A stretch of 44,456 nt of DNA from Basidiobolus meristosporus CBS 931.73 (Eukaryota; Fungi; Basidiobolomycota), in NCBI GenBank assembly GCA_002104905.1, contig MCFE01000694.1, forward strand, positions 1 through 44,456, given 5' to 3'. Shown here piece after piece: positions 35,970-44,456 of this stretch (positions within the stretch are counted from its first letter, which is position 1; the number at the start of each line of letters is the position of its first letter). A program made the position numbers and the translations under genes. Under the pieces are notes generated by a model, which ran no database searches, was not told the DNA's origin, and saw nothing but the letters and a program-made list of their open reading frames with translations.

Positions 35970-35981
35970 GGTTATGAGCCC
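35970..35981 (+). promoter_or_regulatory. Primer-binding site complementary to the anticodon arm of initiator tRNA-Met
   Basis: GGTTATGAGCCC directly abuts the LTR and is the complement of GGGCUCAUAACC (Ty5/copia-type half-tRNA priming). Confidence 0.85.
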
Positions 35982-38900
35982 CGAGCTGTCACTCTCTGCA
36001 ATGTCTACTACTGCTATTACTGGAATTTTTCCCTCTGCTGAAAAGTTGGATGGATCTAACTACCAAGTGTGGAAGGGGAAGATGAAGATGCTGCTACAAG
36101 AAAGAGGCCTTTGGGATATTGTCATGGGAGAAGAATGCCCTCCTAAAAACATGGGAGAGGAAGCCTTAAAGTACCAGAAGAAAGAACAAAGTGCCTTTAA
36201 CTGCATTTGCCTTAATGTCAAGGACAAATTGCTAATTCAATGCTCAAGACCAAAAACGGCAAAGAATGCCTGGAAGGCATTAGAAGACACCTACCAGTCA
36301 TGTTCAGCTGCCAAGAAAATGTATCTGAGAAGAAAGTTCTTTACTACAAAGATGCTGCCAGGAGAAGCAATGAAAAATCTAATTAACAGAATTACCCTGC
36401 TGGTAGATGAGATGGAATCTGTGGGCCTACCAACTACTGATGAGGATGTGATAGTTACCATCCTGAATAGCCTGACAGACGAGTTTCAGGGCCTTGTATC
36501 AGCCCTAGAGTCCAGAACTGAAGATTTGACCTTAAATTATGTATATGGAAGGCTCCTGGATGAAGAATTAAGAAAATCAAGCGCCAATAAGAAGGAAGAA
36601 GAAAATGCTTTAATAAGCAATGATAACCAGCAAAGGAGGTACTCAAGACCCTACAAAGGCAACAGCAACCTATTTTGCAACTACTGCAAAAGGAAAGGAC
36701 ACACATCAGACCAGTGTCTCAAAAAGAGAGATTATCAGCAAAAGAAGCCTGAATATGGAAATGCTGCAACAACTGAAGATAGACTATTCATATCTGCACT
36801 AAATATGACCACAAACAAGGATTCTCAGATGTGGTATATTGACTCTGGAGCATCTCAACACTTTACACACCAAAAAGAACTTTTTACCCAATATCAAGAA
36901 ATTCCAATTAAGAAGGTTTTCATGGGTGACAATAGAACACTTGATGCAGTGGGAGAAGGAACTATCCAAGTAAACCTTAGAAGCAGTGAAGGAAGCCATA
37001 CACTGACCTTTAAAGAAGTACTCTATGTACCAGAAATAGCCAAGAACCTACTCTCTGTAAGCAAGGCCACAGCAGAAGGACTCAGTTTCAGTTTTGACAA
37101 TTCTGGATGCAGGATCACTGATCAAAATGGTGCTCATATTGCTTTGGGCATCAGAGATCAGAATCTATACAAGTTGACTTATATTCCATCATATCTGGAA
37201 GCCAATATAAGTAACTTAAATGAAGAAACACCAATGCTTTGGCACAGGAGATTTGGACACATCAATTTTGATTATTTGCGCAAAATGATCAAAGATCAGC
37301 TAATTTCTGGAGTGAAAATTGATCCCCCAGCTAATTTGGAGCACTGTGAAGCCTGCATATATGGGAAACAAGCCAGACAACCGTTCAAGAGCTCTGGGTT
37401 AATCAAAACTAAGAAAAAATTAGATCTAATTCACTCAGATCTGTGTGGACCTATGCAAAATTTATCCTTAGGCGGAATGAAGTATTTAATCACTTTTATT
37501 GATGATCATACAAGATACACATGGGTCTACTTCATGGAGAGAAAGGAAGAAGCTCTGTCTAAGTTCAGGGAGTTTAAAGCCATGGTGGAGAGAGAAACTG
37601 GTGAAAAAATCAAGAAAATACGCTCTGACAATGGTGGAGTATATACCTCAAAACTCTTCATCCACTTCTGCAAAATTCATGGGATAAAGCAAGAGACTAC
37701 TGTACCATACTCCCCACAGCAAAATGGAGTAGCACAACAAGCTAACAGATCAATAATTGATATGGCAAGATCTATGATCCATGATCAAAAATTATCCTAT
37801 GATTTTTGGGCGGAATCAGTTGCCACTGCTGTATACCTTAAAAATAGGAGTTATAACAGAATACTTTGTGATTCTACTCCATTTGAAGCATGGTATGGAT
37901 ACAGACCAAGTGCAGAACATCTAAGAATATTTGGGTGTACAGCATATGCCAAAAAACTGGCCGGAAATCAGTCAAAATTTGAGCCAAAAAGTGTAAAATG
38001 CATATTTTTGGGCTACTGCAATGTGAGTAGGGCATACAGACTCTACAATACCAAAGCAAAGAAGCTGATCAAGTCCAGGGATGTGTTGTTTGATGAAAAT
38101 TCAAAATTTTCACAAAAAATGACATCAGATGATGACAAAAATTTGATCTCAAGTCCACCAATTGTCAGGATTGAATCAGAGCAAAACAATGAAAATTTTT
38201 CACTCCAGAGGACTCTACAACCATGGTTCAGCCAGAATCAGTGCCCAGGAATATCCCAGAAGTGATCATTCCAGTATCAAATGCCCGGAGATCCAATTGG
38301 ACAAGAAATAGCCCAAATTACTATATCAATGAGGGTACAAACTTAGCCTATGCCTATTCAGTCCATGTTGGTGAACCCCAGACTGTAAAAGAGGCCCTAA
38401 ATAGCCCTCAGACAAAGTTTTGGAGATCTGCAATGACTGAGGAATATCAGGCACTGATGGAAAATCAAACTTGGGACTTAGTCAAATTACCAATCAACCA
38501 AAAATCAATTGGATGCAGATGGGTCTTCAAGACAAAATACAAGGCTGATGGTACAATTGAAAGATACAAAGCAAGACTTGTAGCCAAAGGATACTCTCAA
38601 ACAAAAGGACTTGATTATACTGAGACCTTTGCACCGGTAGCCAAGTTTAATTCCATCAGATTAATTTTGGCTATTGCAGCCAAATATAAGTTGTTTATTC
38701 ATCAAATGGATGTAAAAACTGCATTTTTGAATGGAGAACTTGATGAGGATGTGTATATGGACCAGCCTGATGGGTTTGTTGACCAAAATAACCCCCATTT
38801 GGTCTGTAAGCTTAAAAAGTCACTATATGGTCTCAAACAATCACCGAGAGCCTGGAATTGCAAGATAGATTCTTACTTGGAATCTTTCAGTTTCATAAGA

Positions 38901-39944
38901 AGTAATGCTGACTATAGTATATACTATAAGCCAGATAGAGCAAATCCAGTTCTATTAGCTCTATATGTGGATGATCTTATTATAGCCGCCAATAACCTAG
39001 AAACATTGGAAGAGACTAAATCCAGCCTATCTAAGGAGTTCAAGATGTCCAGTCTAGGAGAACTGAGTTACTACTTAGGGATTAAGTTCTCCATAGACAG
39101 AAGTACCCAGACTATTACCCTAAGCCAATCCAAGTATATTCAAGATATACTAAAGAAGTACAAAATGGAAGACTGTAAACCGGCAGCCACCCCAATGGAG
39201 ACAAACCTTAACTTGGTCAAAACTCAACCAAATCAAGAGAGCTTGGTGCCATCTGAAAGCCCTGACTTTCCTTATCAATCTATGGTCGGCAGTCTGATGT
39301 ATATCATGCTTGGAACATGTCCAGATATCTCATATTCAGTGGGAGTTGTCAGCCAACATAATCAGAATTATGGATCTGATCATATTGCAGCAGTTAAGCG
39401 GATTTTTAGATACCTAAAAGGAACTGCTGATATCTGCTTAAGATACACTTATAAGGATTCAGAACAGGATCTTGTGGGATACTCTGATGCTGATTGGGGA
39501 CGAAATTTGGAAGACAGAAGATCCACCACAGGATACACCTTTCTTTACTGTAAAGGAGCAATTTCATGGAATTCAAGAAAGCAACCAACCGTAGCACTTT
39601 CTACTACAGAGGCAGAGTATATGGCAGCCTGTGAAGCTACAAAAGAAGCAATGTGGTTAAGAAAGCTCCTTACAGATTTAGGCCTATGTCAAAAAACGCC
39701 TATTACATTATTTCAAGATAATCAAGGATGTATACAATTAGGTAGAAATCCAACTTTTCATGCTAGAACCAAGCACATAGATATTAGACATCATTTCATA
39801 CGTGAAGCTATAGAGAATAACTTAGTTAGCTTAATTTACTGTCCTACAGATGAAATGATTGCAGACATATTTACTAAACCAATAGCTAGAGACAAGTTTG
39901 AATATCTTAGGTCAAAACTAGGATTAGTCAGTATGAACATTTAG
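35974..39944 (+). pseudogene. Copia gag-pol, frameshifted by a T-run one base short at 38196-38200
   Basis: CCHC knuckle CNYCKRKGHTSDQC, protease WYIDSGASQH, integrase HHCC plus D..D, RT MDVKTAFLNG and LYVDDL, RNase H YSDADW. The third integrase catalytic residue reads Q (GVAQQ) against E (GVAEQ) in the minus-strand copy. Confidence 0.9.
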
Positions 39945-39955
39945 CTGAGTGGGAG

Positions 39956-40303
39956 TGTTGTAAAAATTTGTAATTCCACCTAAATATTCACCTAACTTAG
40001 TCACTTAGATCATCACCTTCAAATCCTAGAGAATACTGACCAAATTCCTTGTTGGGATTTACTTAGAATATTATCACCAAATACCAGGTACCCAGAACAT
40101 GAAAATTCTCAAAGTTGTCCAAACAGCCCCAAACTTTGCACACATGTTCTTGGGACCTTCCTTAACCTATTCTACGTGTTTGTAATGCCAAGACCAGGTA
40201 AAAGTATAAATACTACTTTTACATTCAATAAATCATGAAGTGAAAACCACATAATCTACTTGTTCTCCCAATCACTTCCAATATCTCCAAGACTCTTACA
40301 ACA
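39956..40303 (+). repeat. 3' LTR (348 bp, long variant), preceded by PPT GAGTGGGAG (39947-39955)
   Basis: Matches the 5' LTR apart from a 16-bp insert (40073-40088) and 8 substitutions. Confidence 0.95.
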
Positions 40304-40356
40304 GTTTATTTACTCCGGTGAGGGTCAAAATAATAATATGTACTGTGGCAACAGAG

Positions 40357-40479
40357 TGTTGTAAGAGTCTTGGAGATATGGAAGTGATTGGGAGAACAAG
40401 TAGACTATGTGGTTATCACTTAATGATTTATCTAATGTAAAAGTAGCATTTGTAGTTGGAATTACAAATTTTCACAACA
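40357..40479 (-). mobile_element. Internally deleted mini-LTR (123 bp) keeping both termini
   Basis: About 95 bp of one LTR end is joined to about 28 bp of the other (TGTTGTAAG...TTCACAACA). No TSD. Confidence 0.8.
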
Positions 40480-40877
40480 GTTTTCACTTAATGATTTATT
40501 GAATGTAAAAGTAGTATTTATACTTTTACCTGGTCTTGGCATAACAAACGCGTAGAATAGGTTTAGAAAGGTCCCAAGATCATGTGTGCAAAGTTTGGGG
40601 CAGTTTGGACAACTTATCAAATTTCATGTTCTGGGTAAATATTCTAAGTAAATCCCAACAAGGAATTTAGTCAGTATTCTCTAAGGTTTGAAGGTCATGA
40701 TCTAAGTGACTAAGTTAGGTGAATATGCAGGTGGAATTCCAAATTTTTACTACACTCCCACTCAGCTAAATGTTCATACTGACTAGTCCTAATTTTGACC
40801 TAGGAAATTCAAACTTGTCTCTAGTTAATAGTTTGGTGAATATGTCTGCAATCATTTCATCTGTAGGACAGTAATCT
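40480..40877 (-). mobile_element. Truncated copia copy: partial LTR (40480-40754, short variant), PPT and the last ~120 bp of RNase H
   Basis: YCPTDEMIADIFTKLLTRDKFEFPRSKLGLVSMNI, then the PPT, then an LTR missing ~55 bp at its 3' end. Confidence 0.85.
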
Positions 40878-43800
40878 TGTTGTAAGAGTCTTGGAGATAT
40901 TGGAAGTGATTTGGAGAACAAGTAGATTATGTGGTTTTCACTTAATGATTTATTGAATGTAAAAGTAGTATTTATACTTTTACCTGGTCTTGGCATTGCA
41001 AACAAGTAGAATAGGTTAAGGAAGGTCCCAAGAACATGTGTGCAAAGTTTGGGGCTGTTTGGACAACTTTGAGAGTTTTCATGTTCTGGGTACCTGGTAT
41101 TTTGGTGAAAATATTCTAAGTAAATCCCAACAAGGAATTTGGTCAGTATTCTCTAGGATTTGAAGGTGATGATCTAAGTGACTAAGTTAGGTGAATATTT
41201 AGGTGGAATTACAAATTTTTACAACACTCCCACTCAGCTAAATGTTCATACTGACTAGTCCTAATTTTGACCTAAGATATTCAAACTTGTTGCTAGCTAA
41301 TGGTTTGGTAAATATGTCTGCAATCATTTCATCTGTAGGACAGTAAATTAAGCTAACTAAGTTATTCTCTATTGCTTCACATATGAAATGATGTCTAATA
41401 TCTATGTGCTTGGTTCTAGCATGAAAAGTTGGATTTCTACCTAATTGTATACATCCTTGATTATCTTGAAATAAAGTAATAGGCATTTTTTGACATAGGC
41501 CTAAATCTGTAAGGAGCTTTCTTAACCACATTGCTTCTTTCGTAGCTTCACAGGCTGCCATATACTCTGCCTCTGTAGTAGAAAGTGCTACGGTTGGTTG
41601 CTTTCTTGAATTCCATGAAATTGCTCCTTTACAGTAAAGAAAGGTGTATCCTGTGGTGGATCTTCTGTCTTCCAGATTTTGTCCCCAATCAGCATCAGAG
41701 TATGCCACAAGATCCTGTTCTGATTCCTTATAAGTGTATCTTAAGCAGATATCAGTGTTCTGCATCAACATTTAAAACTTAGCCAATTTCACTCTGTTAG
41801 AAAATCTAGTACCCTAACTGATTTTCCCTAACCCAATCATAACTAATCCCTGTCATGATTTATGTTATCACTTCTCAGAATCTATATTTAGCTGTCACAC
41901 CTGATCAATTTTTTAGTGGTCATTACGTCCTCAACTTATCTGCTAAGCCTTTCCAAGTGATTAGTCATCTGAGATCTGTCCAACCACTTAGTAGTTGCCA
42001 AGACATCAGCTGATTAATGATGCAATTTCTCATTTATCTTATGCACCTATCAATACCCCTACAGATTTCAATTAGTCCAGTCTCTTTGCGCTTACTAATT
42101 CAACTTGATCAGAAAAGTATAAATAAAGTTTACTGAACCTTTTGGTTTAGTGTGTGTCTCAACAAAATTAAGATTCTGTCTCAAGCAAAAATAAGAACCC
42201 AACAATTCCGTTCTAGTTCCTATCCAAGCCTAGTATATCTAACACTCCAAAGAACACCAAGCCTAGCCTGCCTAGCAAACAAATATCATTGTCTTTATAG
42301 CCAACCCAGTTATATCCAAGACCAATATTAGATCAGAATCTTTCTGCTAATATTTCCGCCACTCTCTGACAATTCTAAGATTCTGCACTTAATTGTCCCT
42401 TTGGTTCAGTTAAACCATTCAAGAGTTTTATTACACTTTCTCTTGGATACAACAATCAGCAGTTCCTTTTAGGTATCTAAAAATCCGCTTAACTGCTGCA
42501 ATATGTTCAGATCCATAATTCTGATTATGTTGGCTGACAACTCCCACTGAATATGAGATATCTGGACGTGTTCCAAGCATGATATACATCAGACTGCCGA
42601 CCATAGATTGATAAGGAAAGTCAGGGCTTTCAGATGGCACCAAGCTCTCTTGATTTGGTTGAGTTTTGACCAAGTTAAGGTTTGTCTCCATTGGGGTAGC
42701 TGCTGGTATGCAGTCTTCCATTTTGTACTTTTTTAGTATATCTTGAATATACTTGGATTGGCTTAGGGTAATAGTCTGGGTACTTCTGTCTATGGAGAAC
42801 TTAATCCCTAAGTAGTAACTAAGTTCTCCTAGATCAGACATCTTGAACTCCTTAGATAGGCTGGATTTAGTCTCTTCCAATGTTTCTAGGTTATTGGTGG
42901 CTATAATAAGATCATCCACATATAGAGCTAATAGAACTGGATTTGCTCTATCTGGCTTATAGTATATACTATAGTCAGCATTACTTCTTTTGAAACTGAA
43001 AGATTCCAAGTAAGAATCTATCTTGCAATTCCAGGCTCTTGGTGATTGTTTGAAACCATATAGTGACTTTTTAAGCTTGCAGACCAAATGGGGGTTATTT
43101 TGGTCAACAAACCCACCAGGCAGGTCCATATACACGTCCTCATCAAGTTCTCCATTCAAAAATGCAGTTTTTACATCCATTTGATGAATAAACAACTTAT
43201 ATTTGGCTGCAATAGCCAAAATTAATCTGATGGAATTAAACTTGGCTACCAGTGCAAAGGTCTCAGTATAGTCAAGTCCTTTTGTTTGAGAGTTTCCTTT
43301 GGCTACAAGTCTTGCTTTGTATCTTTCAACTGTACCATCAGCCTTGTATTTTGTCTTGAAGACCCATCTGCATCCAATTGATTTTTGGTTGATTGGTAAT
43401 TTGACTAAGTCCCAAGTTTGATTTTCCATCAGTGCCTGATACTCCTCAGTCATTGCAGATCTCCAAAACTTTGTCTGAGGGCTATTTAGGGCCTCTTTTA
43501 CAGTTTGGTGTTCATAAACATGGACTGAATAGGCATAGGCTAAGCTTGTACCCTCATTGATATAGTAATTTGGGCTATTTCTTGTCCGATTGGATCTCCG
43601 GGCATTTGATACTGGAATGATCGCTTCTGGGATATTCCTGGGCACTGATTCTGGCTGAATCATGGTTGTAGAGTCCTCTGGAGTGAAAAAATTTTCATTG
43701 TTTTGCTCTGATTCAATCCTGACAATTGGTGGACTTGAGATCAAATTTTTGTCATCATCTGATGTCATTTTTTGTGAAAATTTTGAATTTTCATCAAACA

Positions 43801-44456
43801 ACACATCCCTGGACTTGATCAGCTTCTTTGCTTTGGTATTGTAGAGTCTGTATGTCTTACTCACATTGCAGTAGCCCAAAAATATGCATTTTACACTTTT
43901 TGGCTCAAATTTTGACTGATTTCCGGCCAGTTTTTTGGCATATGCTGTACACCCAAATATTCTTAGATGTTCTGCACTTGGTCTGTATCCATACCATGCT
44001 TCAAATGGAGTAGAATCACGAAGTATTCTGTTATAGCACCTGTTTTTAAGGTATACAGCAGTGGCAACTGATTCCGCCCAAAAATCATAGGATAATTTTT
44101 GATCATGGATCATAGATATTGCCATATCAATTATTGATCTGTTAGCTTGTTCTGCTACTCCATTTTGCTGTGGGGAGTATGGTACAGTAGTCTCTTGCTT
44201 TATCCCATGAATTTTGCAGAAGTGGATGAAGAGTTTTGAGGTATATTCTCCACCATTGTCAGAGCATATTTTCTTGATTTTTTCACCAGTTTCTCTCTCC
44301 ACCATGGCTTTAAACTCCCTGAACTTAGACAGAGCTTCTTCCTTTCTCTCCATGAAGTAGACCCATGTGTATCTTGTATAATCATCAATAAAAGTGATGA
44401 GATACTTCATCCCGCCTAAGGATAAATTTTGCATCGGTCCACACAGATCTGAGTGA
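40878..44456 (-). mobile_element. Second copia copy running off the window end: IN-RT-RH plus 3' LTR 40878-41226, interrupted by a solo LTR
   Basis: Near-identical to the pol of the + element. RT/RNase H is split at GTAD|ICLR by the 41756-42454 insert. Confidence 0.95.
41756..42454 (+). mobile_element. Solo LTR (699 bp) of a different element family
   Basis: TGTTCTGCATC...GATACAACA termini. 5-bp TSD ATCAG at 41751-41755 and 42455-42459. AAGTATAAATAAAG near 42115 suggests + orientation. No coding capacity. Confidence 0.85.

Larger units (their letters stand above)
35638..40303 (+). mobile_element. Full-length Ty1/copia LTR retrotransposon, 4666 bp, probably non-autonomous
   Basis: TGTTG...CAACA termini. 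5-bp TSD GTTTA at 35633-35637 and 40304-40308. LTRs 35638-35969 and 39956-40303. PBS and PPT present. Domain order is gag-PR-IN-RT-RH. Confidence 0.97.

Noticed and set aside
40766-41005. 79-aa ORF joining LTR text to the RNase H end
   Set aside because: An artefact of the nested insertion junction, not a gene.

Overview
Intron-rich fungal nuclear DNA. Introns are mostly 50-90 nt GT-AG. An early-diverging, zoopagomycete-like fungus is my inference only. The window has three zones. (1) 1-1622 is a scrambled, decayed Ty1/copia remnant. (2) About 2.9-31.3 kb is gene-dense: a Zn2Cys6 transcription factor, a small membrane protein, a kinase-less PH+CRIB (Cla4-like) protein, an SLC35F transporter, a fatty-aldehyde dehydrogenase, MRP17, DSK2, SAM35/metaxin, MDM35, dynamitin, RIB7 fused to a GYPP-repeat tail, RAD6/UBC2, a class IV chitin synthase, a U1 snRNA gene and an UNC-93-like transporter. 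(3) About 31.3-44.5 kb is accessory and TE-rich: a small secreted Cys-rich protein, a 2-oxoacid dehydrogenase E1 gene fragment, Hsp31/Glx3, a TSD-flanked copia element and a nested opposite-strand copia cluster carrying a solo LTR of a second family. The most interesting points are the 209-aa PH-CRIB protein with no kinase, the Rib7 enzyme with a ~260-aa octapeptide-repeat tail, and an ACC-UUU-CGA-CGA +1 frame junction in the transcription factor. Five single-base frame breaks occur in otherwise intact ORFs, so assembly indel error is a serious competing explanation for every frameshift claim. All alignments and exon calls were made by eye; no database search was run.
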